Notes: generated by a model not told the origin, from the letters alone. 64,000 nt of DNA from an uncultured Acidobacteriota bacterium (GCA_963813155.1 CAWEYG010000001.1:736001-800000); one strand, 5' to 3'. Positions 26,935 through 37,299 are shown, numbered from the stretch's first letter. Made by a program: numbers and translations.

Positions 26935-28209
26935 TTAGAGATCTCCGGCGGCGACTTCGACGAGCTCTCCGGGGCGAACGTGCTTGCGAACTCCTGCGTC
27001 GATCTCGTCTTTCGTGAGGGCGTCGACCAGGGCGGGAAATCCGTCGAGGTAGTCGATGCCGAGGCCGTAGCATTCCGCCATGTCGAGGGAGCCCGCGATT
27101 CCGGAATTCGACGCGAGATCGACCTTGAACTTCCCGACCCGCGAGCGCTTCTCGTCCTCGACCTCCCGGGGAGTGATGCCCCCGGAGACGAACTCTTCCA
27201 GCACCGCCCGGGCGGACGCGACCGCCCGGCCGAGGTTTGCGGGGGCGACGGTGAGCGAGACGGAGAAAGGCCCCGAATACCGCCCCGCCGAAACGCGGGC
27301 GTTGATGCCGTAGGTCAGGCCCTCCGTGTCCCGAACGCGCAGGCCGAGCCGGGAGGACAGGGTCGACTGTCCGAGCGCCGCGACGCCGAGCGTTGTCGCG
27401 AGATAGTCGGGATCGGTCCGCAGGAGGCGCGAGTCGTGCGCGAGGAGCACGTCCGCATTCACTTTGTCCTTCATCGAAACGATTTCCGAGGCCGATCGCG
27501 CCGGCCCGACCGGGGGCACGTCGAGCCGCGGCTCCGAACCGGCCGGCGCTCCCGACAGGAGCTCGGCGAACTGCTCGACGGTTGCCTGCGCTTCCAGGTC
27601 TCCGACGGCCACGAGAATCATCGTTGCCGTGCCATAGCGCGATTCGTGAAACGCGAACAGGTCCCTGGCAGTCGACCGCTCGATCGCCCCGATGATCTCT
27701 TCCGGCGTGTCCGCGCAATAGGGATGGCCCGGCGGGTAGAGCAGCCGCGAAGCCGCCGTGGAAGATCGCCAGCCGGTTTGATCCGAAAGCTGCCGGATCC
27801 CTCCGATGAGCCTTTCTTTTTCGCGCGACAGCTCGTCCTCGGGGAACGCCGGTTCGGTCAACATTTCCACGAGCGCTTCGAAAGCGAGGATTCGGTCGCG
27901 CGAGAGGCAGGACAGCGAGATGTCGGCGGTGTCCGGATCGCCCCCCGAGGCCGAAAACGAGATGGAGATTCCCCGGCTCTCGAGCTCCGCCGCCATCTGC
28001 ATCTTCGTCCGGCGCCGGGTTCCTTTTTCGAGCATCTGCGCCGTCAGCGACGCGAGCACCGGATTCGAATCGGGCGAATAGGCCGATCCCGCGCGCAGCG
28101 TTCCCGACAGGGCGATCGTGGGGTTGAAGTGGTTTTCGAGCGAAAGGAAGCGCGCCCCCGAGGCATCGAGCAGGCGGGCAGTCCTTTCGCGAAACGACAG
28201 CTTCGTCAT
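26935..28209 (-). CDS. M16 family peptidase, non-catalytic (C-terminal type) subunit
   Basis: LASLTAQMLEKGT (no HxxEH), SSRLGLRVRDTEGLTYGI; ATGA overlap with the upstream M16 gene. Confidence 0.85.
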   Translation of the reverse strand: MTKLSFRERTARLLDASGARFLSLENHFNPTIALSGTLRAGSAYSPDSNPVLASLTAQMLEKGTRRRTKMQMAAELESRGISISFSASGGDPDTADISLSCLSRDRILAFEALVEMLTEPAFPEDELSREKERLIGGIRQLSDQTGWRSSTAASRLLYPPGHPYCADTPEEIIGAIERSTARDLFAFHESRYGTATMILVAVGDLEAQATVEQFAELLSGAPAGSEPRLDVPPVGPARSASEIVSMKDKVNADVLLAHDSRLLRTDPDYLATTLGVAALGQSTLSSRLGLRVRDTEGLTYGINARVSAGRYSGPFSVSLTVAPANLGRAVASARAVLEEFVSGGITPREVEDEKRSRVGKFKVDLASNSGIAGSLDMAECYGLGIDYLDGFPALVDALTKDEIDAGVRKHVRPGELVEVAAGDL

Positions 28210-29510
28210 GCCGGCTCCTTCGGGACGAACCACCCGACGGTCGCGAAATCGTCCTGGAAGCACGCGCCGGCCGCGCGCGCGATGTCTTCTCGCGTCACTG
28301 CCTGGATTTTCGGGAGGTAATCGACGTACCAGTCCCAGTCGGCCACGGCGATGGCCTCCGTCAGGCTGCCCGCGACCTGGTCCGTCGTATCGCGCTCGAA
28401 GATCACGTCCGCTTCGATCTGGGTTTTCGCCTTTCGGAGCTCGTTCTCGGTCACGCCCTCGCTCACGACTCGCCGGATCTCGGCGCGAAGGATGTCCTCC
28501 GCGCGCTGGTGCTCGGTTCCCGGAGCGAGGGTCGTGAAAAAAGAGAAGAGCGACGGATCGTGCAGCTGCCAGGCGATGGCCGACACCGAGATCGAAAGCG
28601 AGGGCTCGACGAGGGCCTGGTACAACCGCGAGGTGACGCCAACGCCAAGGATGTTGGCAAGCACGGCGAGAGGGAACGTGTCGGGGTCCGACGCGGCGAC
28701 GGAGCGAAAGGAGACGGCGACCCAGCCAAGCTGGCCCGCGCGTCGAACCGTGAACCGCCGTTCGCCTTCCTGGCGCGGCTCCTCCGTGTAGATCCGCGGA
28801 ATCGGCGTCTCCGATCGGGGAATCGAGCCGAAATGCCGGGCCAGGAGCGCGAGCGCCTCCGGTTCCTCGAAGTCCCCGAGCGCGATCGCGGTGGCGTTCT
28901 CGGGATGGTAGAACGTGTCGTAGAACTCCTTGAGGCGCGACGTCGGCATTCCTTCGATATCGCTCTTCCACCCGATCGTCGGATGATGGTACGGATGCTC
29001 CCGAAACGCGATCGCGAACGTGTCCTTGTACAGGACCTGGAACGGGCTGTTCTCTCCCCGCTCGAACTCGTTGCGGACGACCGTCATCTCCGGCACGCGG
29101 TCGCCGTCGCGAATGAAAGATCCGCGCATGCGGGACGCCTCGATTCGCATCGCCAGCTCGAGCTGATCGGAGGGAACGGTCTCGAAGTAGTTCGTCCGGT
29201 CGAACCAGGTCGTCGCGTTGAACCGCGCGCCGACGGCTTCGAGCGTCGCGGCGATCTGCGTTCCCGCCTCGCGGTTGAACTCGGGCGTGCCCTTGAACAT
29301 CAGGTGCTCGAGGAGATGCGTCGCTCCCGTGTGGCCGACCGCCTCGTGCCGGGAACCCACCCGGTAGACCACGCAGAACGTCGCGACGGGAGCGACGGAA
29401 TTTCGCAGCAGGAGAACCTGCATCCCGTTGGAGCGCAGGCGCCATTCGCGAATTCCCTCTCGCTCCTTGACGAAGTCAAAAACCGGGACAGGCGAGCTCG
29501 AGGCCGCCAT
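28206..29510 (-). CDS. M16 family zinc peptidase (PqqL/insulinase-like), catalytic subunit
   Basis: GATHLLEHLMFKGT (HxxEH), FNATTWFDRTNYF and HPYHHPTIGW. Confidence 0.9.
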   Translation of the reverse strand: MAASSSPVPVFDFVKEREGIREWRLRSNGMQVLLLRNSVAPVATFCVVYRVGSRHEAVGHTGATHLLEHLMFKGTPEFNREAGTQIAATLEAVGARFNATTWFDRTNYFETVPSDQLELAMRIEASRMRGSFIRDGDRVPEMTVVRNEFERGENSPFQVLYKDTFAIAFREHPYHHPTIGWKSDIEGMPTSRLKEFYDTFYHPENATAIALGDFEEPEALALLARHFGSIPRSETPIPRIYTEEPRQEGERRFTVRRAGQLGWVAVSFRSVAASDPDTFPLAVLANILGVGVTSRLYQALVEPSLSISVSAIAWQLHDPSLFSFFTTLAPGTEHQRAEDILRAEIRRVVSEGVTENELRKAKTQIEADVIFERDTTDQVAGSLTEAIAVADWDWYVDYLPKIQAVTREDIARAAGACFQDDFATVGWFVPKEPA

Positions 29511-29534
29511 CGAGTCCTCCGTTCGAGATTTGAT

Positions 29535-30347
29535 TCAGCCGCCGCCGGCGATGTCTTCGGCTCCGTCCACGCCGATCACGTTTCCCGAAATCCAGCGTGT
29601 TCGTCCCGAAGCGAGGGCGACGAGGGCGCCCGCCACGTCCCCGGGCGTCGTGAGCCGGCGCGCCGGATGAAGGGCGAGAACCCGTTCGATCATGGCTTCG
29701 TTCCCCGGAATCTTTCGCAGAGCCGGCGTGTCGGTCACTCCGGCTCGAATCGCGTTCGCCGTGATGTTGCGCGGAGCCAGCTCCACGGCGATCTGGCGGA
29801 TGTGGGACTCGAGCGCGCTCTTTGCCGACGACACGGCGCCGTACGCCGGCCACACGATGTGGTCGCCGGCAGAAGTCATCGCGAAGATCTTCGCCTCGTC
29901 GGCGAAGAGATCGGAAAAATAGAGGTCCTGGGTCCAGTAGACGAGCGAGTGCGCCATGACGTCGAGCGTCATCTCGATCTGCGTCTTCGCGAGGGAACCC
30001 TCTCGGGTCTCGCCGAACATGGGCTTGAGGGTCCCGAACGCGAGGGTGTGGAGCATCACCGAGACCCGCTCCGATTTCGGAGCGTCCGCGAGGGCCTCCC
30101 GCATCCGGCCGACGACTTCCTGGCGCTTGGCCTCGTCGGCCGCGTTGACGTTGAAGAACTCCGCTCGCCGGTTCGCCGCCCGAATACGGCCGACGATTTC
30201 CTCGACCTTCGGCAGCGTCGATTTGCGGTCGAGGTGGACGCCGAAGATGTCCCATCCGGCGTCGGCCAGGGCCAGCGAACACGCTTCCCCGAACCCCGAA
30301 GAGGCGCCCAGAACGAGCGCCCACCCCCGCCTGTTGTCTCCGCCCAT
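29535..30347 (-). CDS. SDR oxidoreductase, FabL-like enoyl-ACP reductase
   Basis: LGASSGFG, YGAVSSAKSALE, ITANAIRAGVTDTPAL and ISGNVIGVDG. Confidence 0.75.
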   Translation of the reverse strand: MGGDNRRGWALVLGASSGFGEACSLALADAGWDIFGVHLDRKSTLPKVEEIVGRIRAANRRAEFFNVNAADEAKRQEVVGRMREALADAPKSERVSVMLHTLAFGTLKPMFGETREGSLAKTQIEMTLDVMAHSLVYWTQDLYFSDLFADEAKIFAMTSAGDHIVWPAYGAVSSAKSALESHIRQIAVELAPRNITANAIRAGVTDTPALRKIPGNEAMIERVLALHPARRLTTPGDVAGALVALASGRTRWISGNVIGVDGAEDIAGGG

Positions 30348-30378
30348 CGCGGCGGAGTTTAGCATAGGGTTTCCGGCG

Positions 30379-32295
30379 CTACGGGACGTAGCCCCGCATC
30401 GTCCGCAGGCGCACGTCGGGCTTTTTGCACACGACCGCGACGGACCGAAATTCTTCGTCCCCCTTCGTCGAGTCGGTGCGGTAGGAGAGGATGTACTGCG
30501 ATCTCAGCTCGGTCTCGATCTGGTGAACGATGTCGGGGATTTTCCGGGCGTCCGACGTGAAGAAGATCTCGCCGCCGGTGTCGGCGGCGATTTCCTTCAG
30601 TTTCGAGCGGATCGCGAATTCCGCCACCGAGAGGTCGACCCCGATCACGTAGACCGGGACGCCGATCGACCGCAGGTAGCGCAGCATCGTCGGATAGTCG
30701 ACCCAGGAGTGGTTGTCGCCTCCGTCGGAGATCACGACGAGCGCCTTTCGCCCCGTCGTCGCCCGAAACTGGTACAGGCCGAGCACGATCGAATCGAAGA
30801 GCGCCGTCTGGCCCGATGCCGTCGTGTTGAGAACGGCTTTCACGAGCTCGGGGACGTCGGAAGAAGGAGAGGCGACGAGGGTCGGCACCTCGTTGAACTC
30901 GATCACGAAGCCGCGGTCCTTCTCGTGGATCATGTCCTTGAACAGGGAGCTGCCCGCCTCGTGGACGAACTCCATCGCCTTGCGCATCGATCCGGATCCG
31001 TCGATCACGAGCCCGATGTTGAGCGGTAAATTCTGCGCAATCTCGAACGAGAGGAGCTTCTGCGGCCGGCCATCCTCCGAGACGGCGAAATCCGGCTCGG
31101 CCAGGCCCTTGACGAAATGGCCCTCCCGATCCAGCGCGGAAACGTGGAGCTGAACGACGTCCACCTTGACGTTCTCGACCGCCGTTCCCTGCCCGCGCAG
31201 AAATCGGATGTCGTTGGCCTCCTGCCCCTCCGGGGTGAGCGCCGTCGCCCGCAGGTAGCTCGCTTTCGAGTACTGCGCAGCCGGAATGATCGCCACGTAA
31301 GGAGGACCCGCGAAGGTCTGGAACTTCTTGTCGTCGACGAAGAGGTCCACGGTCTTCGCCGTTCCGCCGTTGATCGATTGAACCGCGAGCCGCACCGTCA
31401 CGCCGGACGAGGCGGCGCGGGCGGGAATCGGAAGGATCCGGACGGCCACTTTCGCGTCGCCCTCGTTGATCGCCCAGGCGTCCTCGTCGACGAGGTTTCC
31501 GAGAGCGTCGAAGCCCACCGCGCGGACCGTCTGGCGCCTCGGAATCTTCCCCAGGTCGATCTCGACCGTGTACGGAGGACGCGTGCGCGCGAGGATGAGC
31601 TTCTCGTCGAGGTAGAACTCGACCTTCGTCACGGGAGGCTCGACGGTGGCAGAGAGCCGCATGAGGCCGACGGGAGCCTCCCGGTCCGGGGGCAGGATCT
31701 TGACCCGCGGGGCGGCGGCCGCGAGAGCCCCCGCGTCGAGCCGGGACGGGATTCCCTCCGGCGCGGTCAGGACGACCCCTTCGGCTGACGGAAGCGTCGA
31801 CCCGTCGTTCGGCGCCATTTCGGGGCGGAACGGCTGACCGACTTCCGGAACGTCGATGGGAAACTTGAGGGACGCGTAAGTCTTGAGGGAATCGCCCAGG
31901 TCGATCTCGACCTCGTAGGCGCCCGGGGCGAGCGACCGAAGGAAGGAAAACGAGAGCGGCTCTCCGTCGCTGAGTTTCCCGGAGAAGGGGTAGCTCAGCG
32001 CCTCGGTCGCTCCGTTGAGCTTGCCGCGGATCGAGCCCCGCAGCGTCATCGAGTACTGGTGGATGCCCTTGCCGAGAATGGCGGCCGCGATCTCGGGGGA
32101 AGTGAGGCGAATCCGCACGACCGTCTTGTCGCCGATCGAGCCCAGATACGCGGCCGACGTCTCCACCTTGAAGTTCTTGACGGGGGTTTTCAGCTTCGTC
32201 TCGGCCGACTGGACCTGGCCTCGGACGGGCATCGCGAAGAGCACCGCCGCGAGGGCGGCCGGGAGCACCGTCGAAGGGATTTTCATGAACGCCAT
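30379..32295 (-). CDS. Secreted VWA-domain protein (Acidobacterial VWFA type) with Ig-like repeats
   Basis: Signal peptide; two PPY-ending Ig-like units; MIDAS DGSGS, TALFDSI, VISDGGDN and ELRSQYILSY. Confidence 0.8.
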   Translation of the reverse strand: MAFMKIPSTVLPAALAAVLFAMPVRGQVQSAETKLKTPVKNFKVETSAAYLGSIGDKTVVRIRLTSPEIAAAILGKGIHQYSMTLRGSIRGKLNGATEALSYPFSGKLSDGEPLSFSFLRSLAPGAYEVEIDLGDSLKTYASLKFPIDVPEVGQPFRPEMAPNDGSTLPSAEGVVLTAPEGIPSRLDAGALAAAAPRVKILPPDREAPVGLMRLSATVEPPVTKVEFYLDEKLILARTRPPYTVEIDLGKIPRRQTVRAVGFDALGNLVDEDAWAINEGDAKVAVRILPIPARAASSGVTVRLAVQSINGGTAKTVDLFVDDKKFQTFAGPPYVAIIPAAQYSKASYLRATALTPEGQEANDIRFLRGQGTAVENVKVDVVQLHVSALDREGHFVKGLAEPDFAVSEDGRPQKLLSFEIAQNLPLNIGLVIDGSGSMRKAMEFVHEAGSSLFKDMIHEKDRGFVIEFNEVPTLVASPSSDVPELVKAVLNTTASGQTALFDSIVLGLYQFRATTGRKALVVISDGGDNHSWVDYPTMLRYLRSIGVPVYVIGVDLSVAEFAIRSKLKEIAADTGGEIFFTSDARKIPDIVHQIETELRSQYILSYRTDSTKGDEEFRSVAVVCKKPDVRLRTMRGYVP

Positions 32296-32326
32296 AATCG
32301 CCCGGCCGCGGTCGATATTCCCGTCG

Positions 32327-33307
32327 TCAGGCCGCAATCGCGTCGACGGCGAAGAATTCTTCGACCGCCCGGCGGAAGTCTTCCGGAGTCTGCAGCTGCG
32401 AGATGCGCACGCGCAGCGCCCGGCCGTTCGGCAGGCCGTGGGTGTACCAGCCCGTCATCGTTCGCAACCGGTGGAGCGCGTGAATGGAGCTTTCGGAATC
32501 CGCTTCGATCTCCGTGAAGTGCCAGAGCATCAGATCCCGGCGCTCATCCAGGGTCGCCGGAGTCGGCAGTCTTCCCGCCAGCAGGTCCGCCGTCTGCCGG
32601 AAAATCCACGGGTTCTTCATCGTCGCGCGGCCCGCCATGACGGCGTCGCAGCCCGTCTCGCGAAGCATCCGGGCGGCGTCTTCCGGCGTTTCGACGTCCC
32701 CGTTTCCGACAACCGGAATCGAGACCGCGGCCTTGAGCTCCGCGATCGCCGACCAATCCGCTTTTCCCGTGTACATCTGTCGCGCGGTCCTTCCGTGCAT
32801 CGCGACGGCCGAGACCCCTTCTCCTTCGCAGACCCTTCCGATCTCGAGAAAATTCTTCCGGTCCGAATCGAGGCCGAGACGAAACTTGACGGTCAACGGA
32901 ATCGAGAGGCGTTTCTTCACCTCGCGGATCATCGCTCCCGCGAGCGCCGGATCTCCCATCAGCGCCGCGCCGGCGCACCCCTTCAGCACTTTGTTCGCCG
33001 GGCAGCCCATGTTGATGTCGCAGACGTCGGGGTGAAGTTGCTCGACGATGTCGGCGGCAGCGGCCATGCGCTCGACGCTCGCGCCGTAGATCTGGATCGA
33101 GAGCGGACGCTCCTCTTCGTCGAAGACGAGCTTCCGGAGCTGCCGCGCGTTGCCCCGCGTGATCGCCTCCGACGAGATGAACTCCATCGTGACGAGGCCG
33201 ACGCCGCCGATGCGGCGAAGCATCCGGCGGTAGAGCCGGTCCGTGATGCCCGCCATGGGGGCGAGCACGAGCGGCGGGTCGATCGGGACGGGGCCGTAGT
33301 ACAGCAC
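32327..33307 (-). CDS. dusB: tRNA-dihydrouridine synthase B
   Basis: LAPMAGITD, DINMGCP, TVKFRLG, MHGRT and VVGNGDV; TATAAT 7 nt before the GTG start. Confidence 0.88.
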   Translation of the reverse strand: MLYYGPVPIDPPLVLAPMAGITDRLYRRMLRRIGGVGLVTMEFISSEAITRGNARQLRKLVFDEEERPLSIQIYGASVERMAAAADIVEQLHPDVCDINMGCPANKVLKGCAGAALMGDPALAGAMIREVKKRLSIPLTVKFRLGLDSDRKNFLEIGRVCEGEGVSAVAMHGRTARQMYTGKADWSAIAELKAAVSIPVVGNGDVETPEDAARMLRETGCDAVMAGRATMKNPWIFRQTADLLAGRLPTPATLDERRDLMLWHFTEIEADSESSIHALHRLRTMTGWYTHGLPNGRALRVRISQLQTPEDFRRAVEEFFAVDAIAA

Positions 33308-33343
33308 GAGGCGAATTATAAGGCCCGCTCGGCCCACTCCGGT

Positions 33344-33493
33344 CCAACCCCAGCGCCGGCTCGGCAAGCGGGTCCTGTCGCGGGACTCGCCCCGCTTTTC
33401 CGCTCGCTGCAGACTTTGCTACGACTCCGCGCCGCGAACGGCAAAAGGGGTCTTGCCCCGCGCCACCCGCTCTCCTTGGCGCCGGCGCGTTGG
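33344..33493. repeat. 150-bp imperfect hairpin (REP/MITE-like or structured RNA)
   Basis: Nested complementary blocks CCAAC/GTTGG, GCGCC/GGCGC, AGCGGG/CCCGCT, CGCGGG/CCCGCG and CTTTT.CCG.TCGC/GCGA.CGG.AAAAG. Confidence 0.5.
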
Positions 33494-33539
33494 CCCCGAC
33501 CGTCGCGGACCTTCGCTCAGCGGGGCGGGGCCGCCACCC

Positions 33540-34367
33540 TCACTGCCGCTGCCCGGGAAAGACGTACGTGTCCCCCGTGCGCACGTCGAGCACGGACGCG
33601 ACTGCGAAGCAGGCCGCGGAGGCGCTCGCCGTCTCCGGAATCGCGACGGTCACGCGCAGACCCGGCGCGTTCTGGTACCCCGCGGCCAGGTTCGACAGCA
33701 CGTCGGAGAAGCGATGGTTCGAGAACGGAAGGACGGTCGCGGTCACTCCCGCTCCCCCGTTGTTGACGATCAGCGAATGCTCCGGCTCGACGACGTTCAG
33801 AATCACCGTGACGGGCGCGGCCGACGTGTTCGTCACGTCCACGTTCGTGCGGAACCCCACGTCGTTCGCGAGGCCGTACATCTGCCACAGCGTCGCCGTG
33901 TCGTCGGCCGCGAGCCTTCGCCCGAGCGCTTCGGAAGCGGGAATTCCGGACTCGAACACTCCGTAAGTCCCCGTCGGCTGGCTCAGATAGATGTGGGCGG
34001 ACACGAGGACCGGCACGGCGTCCGAAACGTACCGAAGGTTGCCGATCAGGCTTCCGTTCAGGGAGAGCAAGCCCGGCAGGAAATCGGGAAAGAAGCGCGT
34101 CTCGCGCGGCGCGACGACGACGGTCGCCGAATTCCCGACCGTCCCGTCGGCCTCCGAGTTGTGAAACGTGACCGTGACGTCGGTCGGCGTGTCGGTCGAG
34201 GGGTTGTAGATCCAGAGGTCGGTCAGGAACGTTCCGATCGAGCCGGGCGCGTGCCCGACGCCCGGCACCCAGCCGTCCATCGCCGAGGGGGAATACGCCG
34301 CGGAGGCGGAAAGCGGGCAGAATGCAGCCGCTGCCGAGATCATCAGAGCCATGCGGAGCACCTTCAT
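33540..34367 (-). CDS. Secreted hypothetical protein (two beta-rich repeats typical of Thermoanaerobaculia)
   Basis: Signal peptide; VPGVGHAPGSIGTFLTDLWIYNP and FRTNVDVTNTS..ASVLDVRTGD; GGGGG RBS-like run. Confidence 0.7.
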   Translation of the reverse strand: MKVLRMALMISAAAAFCPLSASAAYSPSAMDGWVPGVGHAPGSIGTFLTDLWIYNPSTDTPTDVTVTFHNSEADGTVGNSATVVVAPRETRFFPDFLPGLLSLNGSLIGNLRYVSDAVPVLVSAHIYLSQPTGTYGVFESGIPASEALGRRLAADDTATLWQMYGLANDVGFRTNVDVTNTSAAPVTVILNVVEPEHSLIVNNGGAGVTATVLPFSNHRFSDVLSNLAAGYQNAPGLRVTVAIPETASASAACFAVASVLDVRTGDTYVFPGQRQ

Positions 34368-34446
34368 AGAACGTCCCCCTGCGGGATGGACGAGCGGCAG
34401 CGAGAAAGGTTGGCGCAGTGGACCGTGTTAAGATTTCGTCCCCGAC

Positions 34447-34539
34447 GGAGAGGTGGGTGAGTGGCTGAAACCAGCGGTTTGCTAAACCGCCGTAGGGCTT
34501 AAAACTCTACCACGGGTTCGAATCCCGTCCTCTCCGCCA
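34447..34539 (+). tRNA. tRNA-Ser(GCT), copy A
   Basis: GGAGAGG acceptor stem, anticodon arm GCGGT-TTGCTAA-ACCGC, long variable arm, GGTTCGAATCC and encoded CCA. Confidence 0.97.
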
Positions 34540-34672
34540 GATTTCGCTCCACTTCGTTTCGCTGGCGCTGCGCGCGTCCTCGCGAAGCTCGGACAAATCT
34601 GGACGTCGACCTGGGGAAGGAATTCCCCAGGCCCCTTCTGCTTCCTTCGTTCGCTTCGCTCCGAGTCGCCTA

Positions 34673-35047
34673 TCAGCGCGGCGGCGCGCCCGACCCTTTC
34701 CGGTTCGTCCCGTCGCCTCCCTCGAGCGTTGTCGTGACGTCGGCGTGCTCGACGAGCAGATTGACGGTCCGGCCCGACGGGATCGTCCGGTGAACGGCGC
34801 CCGACTCGACGACAATTCCGTCTCCGACGTTCAGGATCACCGTCCCGCCGTCGCGGAACTCGACGACGAGCGAGCCCTCCAGCGTGAGAAAGAATTCGTC
34901 CGAATTGGGATGAGAGTGCCATTCGGACGCATCCTCGTTGACTGCAATCTTGATTTCGTGGTCATTCATTCGACCCACGACGACGTGCTTGTGGCGTTTC
35001 TGAACCGCATTCCAAATGACGGGCAATTGCGCTACGGTTGGATTCAA
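34673..35047 (-). CDS. Cupin domain protein
   Basis: WHSHPNSDEFFLTLEG and GDGIVVESGAVHRT cupin motifs. Confidence 0.8.
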   Translation of the reverse strand: MNPTVAQLPVIWNAVQKRHKHVVVGRMNDHEIKIAVNEDASEWHSHPNSDEFFLTLEGSLVVEFRDGGTVILNVGDGIVVESGAVHRTIPSGRTVNLLVEHADVTTTLEGGDGTNRKGSGAPPR

Positions 35048-35048
35048 C

Positions 35049-35687
35049 TTACGCGTCCCGGGTCAGAAGTTTGAGGGCCACTCCGGCGGGAGATCGTCCC
35101 TGAACGCGAACGAGTTGCACCATCAGGGCCGCCGCCGGCTCGAGCAGGCGGGCGTTCTCGAGGCCTCCCGAGTCGACCGGCTCGAAACCCGCCTCCTCGA
35201 TGAGGCGAGCCGTCACGCTCTTCGCGTCGGGATCGTCTCCGCAGAAGAGAATCGACGCCCGGTCTCGCCGAAGCCTCCGCCGGCGTCGAGCGCTTCCGCG
35301 TAAATACCGTTGAACGCCTTGACGACCCGCGCGTCCCGCGCCCAGCGCGCGATCTTTTCCGCCCCGGAGGTCGTATGTCCGACCGCGAGGGCGTACCCGT
35401 CGGACGCCTCCGGATTCGTGGCGTCGATGAGGACCTTGCCGGCAAAGCCTCCCGCGTGCTCGAGCATTTCTTCGGTGTCCGACCATCGCGTCGCGAGGAC
35501 CAGGAACGTCGCAGGAAGAAACCGCCTCGGCGGGCAGCGCCGCCTCGACCCCGAGAGCCGCGCGCGCCGCGGCGGCGAGGGCTCGCGGCCGATCCCGCGA
35601 GGCGAGAAAAACACGGTGCGAGTTGCGCGCGAACGCGCGAGCCAGCGAGCTCCCCATCTTCCCCGTTCCCAGGACGCCGATTTTCAC
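35049..35687 (-). pseudogene. NADPH-dependent F420 reductase-like oxidoreductase with two frameshifts
   Basis: MKIGVLGTGKMG and CGDDPDAK..GFEPVDSGGL are in one frame, while GKVLIDATNP..SGAEKIA..VVKAFN is in another; shifts near 35505 and 35260. Confidence 0.75.
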
Positions 35688-35997
35688 CGGCCTGCGTCCC
35701 CGGGCCGTTCGAATCGGCTTTCCCTCAGGACCTCGGCGACCTCCATTGCATAGTACTCATACCAGCGCTCTCGCCCCTTCTCCTGCGCGGCGCGGTGGCG
35801 GAGATCCTCGCGCCACGCCTGGAGCGTCTTCAGGTCCTCCCAACGGACGACCGGCTCGCCGCCCTCTTCCTCTTGTAAAAGCGAATGTCGACGAAACCCG
35901 GAGCGGAGTGCGCGAGATCGAGCATCCGCTTCGACATCGCGTCGTCGTCCTCTCCCGCCGCGGCGGTGAGCTTCGACCGGAACAGGATCACGATCAT
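35684..35997 (-). pseudogene. Antibiotic biosynthesis monooxygenase-like protein, frameshifted
   Basis: MIVILFRSKL...PGFVDIRFYK then, in another frame, WEDLKTLQAWREDLRHRAAQEKGRERWYEYY; shift near 35870. Confidence 0.7.
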
Positions 35998-36369
35998 GCG
36001 GCCTCGCTGCGGCCGATCCGCTCAACGTCGTCGAGGAGCGCGACAACGTCCGACTCGGTCGTTCGGAAGTTGACGATGCAGACACGAATCGAGGTCTTGC
36101 CCTTCAGCACCGTCGGGTAGACGAAGGCCGAGCCGTCCTCGACGATCCGATGGATGATCCGGCGGTTGAGGTCGCGGAGCTTCGCCTCGTCGAGCTTCGC
36201 CTTCGCGGGCCGAAAACGGAAATTCGCGATCGAAAGGACAGGGTCGCTCAGGCGCTCGAGGTCGTTGCGCCGATCGACTTCGGCGGAGAGGAATTTCGCG
36301 AGCTCGACGTTCCTCTCGATCATCTCCGCGTAGGCGCGGCGTCCCTACTACTCCAAGTACATCTTCCAA
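35994..36369 (-). pseudogene. C-terminal remnant of a group II PLP-dependent decarboxylase
   Basis: WKMYLE**GRRAYAEMIERNVELAK...LSIANFRF...IRVCIVNFRTT; two in-frame TAG codons; the PLP-binding N-terminal part is absent. Confidence 0.75.
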
Positions 36370-36767
36370 TGACAGATCCGTGCGGTGATCAGCGGAACGA
36401 CCTCGCCCGCGGCGTCAGCTCGCTCCTGGTTTGGTGCATCCCCGCGGCGATTTTGATGGTCACTGCGCTCACCAATAGCTATCAGGGAGTGATCTGGCCG
36501 ATCGTGCTGACGTGGATGGGCGGAGCCTGCCTCGTCAACGCGAAGCGCTGCGGCCGACGGCACTGCTATTTCACCGGACCGTTCTTCCTCGTGCTTGCGG
36601 CGGCTTCGCTCCTTTACGGGCTCGGTATTCTCCGCCTCGGCCCGCATGGATGGTCCACGCTCGCATCGATCCTTCTCGCCGGCGCGCTTCTGCTCACGTG
36701 CCTACCCGAATGGATCTGGGGCAGGTATACGAATTCATCTCGACACTCTACGGAGGGACGACTATGA
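36369..36767 (+). CDS. Small Cys/His-motif membrane protein
   Basis: Four hydrophobic segments with ACLVNAKRCGRRHCYFTGPFF; GGAGG + ATG for a following, apparently truncated gene at 36764. Confidence 0.7.
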   Translation: MTDPCGDQRNDLARGVSSLLVWCIPAAILMVTALTNSYQGVIWPIVLTWMGGACLVNAKRCGRRHCYFTGPFFLVLAAASLLYGLGILRLGPHGWSTLASILLAGALLLTCLPEWIWGRYTNSSRHSTEGRL

Positions 36768-36901
36768 AAACGGGACCCGCAGAAGGCGGGACCGCTCCCC
36801 GGCAATCGCCTCGGCAGCGAGGAGTCCGTATCGCTTCGCCTCCTCGGAAGAGACGTCGAATCCGAGGCCCGGCGGCACAGCGACGGACTCGATCCTGCCG
36901 C

Positions 36902-37285
36902 TCATCGCGACTCCGCGATCGCCAGCGAGGGCGAGATGCGCGCCGCGCGCCGGGCCGCGAACCAGGTCGAGGCCATGCACAGGACGCCGAGCGTCGCCGC
37001 GACGCCGGCGAGCAGGGACGGACCGGGCCGAGGCGTTCCCGGAAGGGCTCCGGCGAGAACCGTCGAACACGCGGCGACCGCGAGCCCCCCGGCGACGAGG
37101 CCCGCGCCCGCCAGCGCGACGCCGCGACGCAGGACGAAGATGACCACGCGCCCCGCGGTCGCGCCGAGCGCCATCCGGATCGATAGCTCGCGCGTCTGCT
37201 GCGAAACGGAATAGGAGATCAGCCCGAAGAGCCCGACGCCGGCGAGCAGGGTCGCCGAGGCGGAAAGCAGGCCCATCAGGAGCAT
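36902..37285 (-). pseudogene. C-terminal fragment of an FtsX/ADOP-type ABC permease
   Basis: GLFGLISYSVSQQTRELSIRMALGA and AARRAARISP; only the last three TM helices are present. Confidence 0.7.
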
Positions 37286-37299
37286 CTGGGCCGGACGGG

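Noticed and set aside
34532-34672. ncRNA downstream of tRNA copy A
   Set aside because: It contains inverted repeats (CCAGATTT/AAATCTGG; CCTGGGGAA/TTCCCCAGG) but no recognisable family; more likely REP-like or terminator structure between convergent genes.
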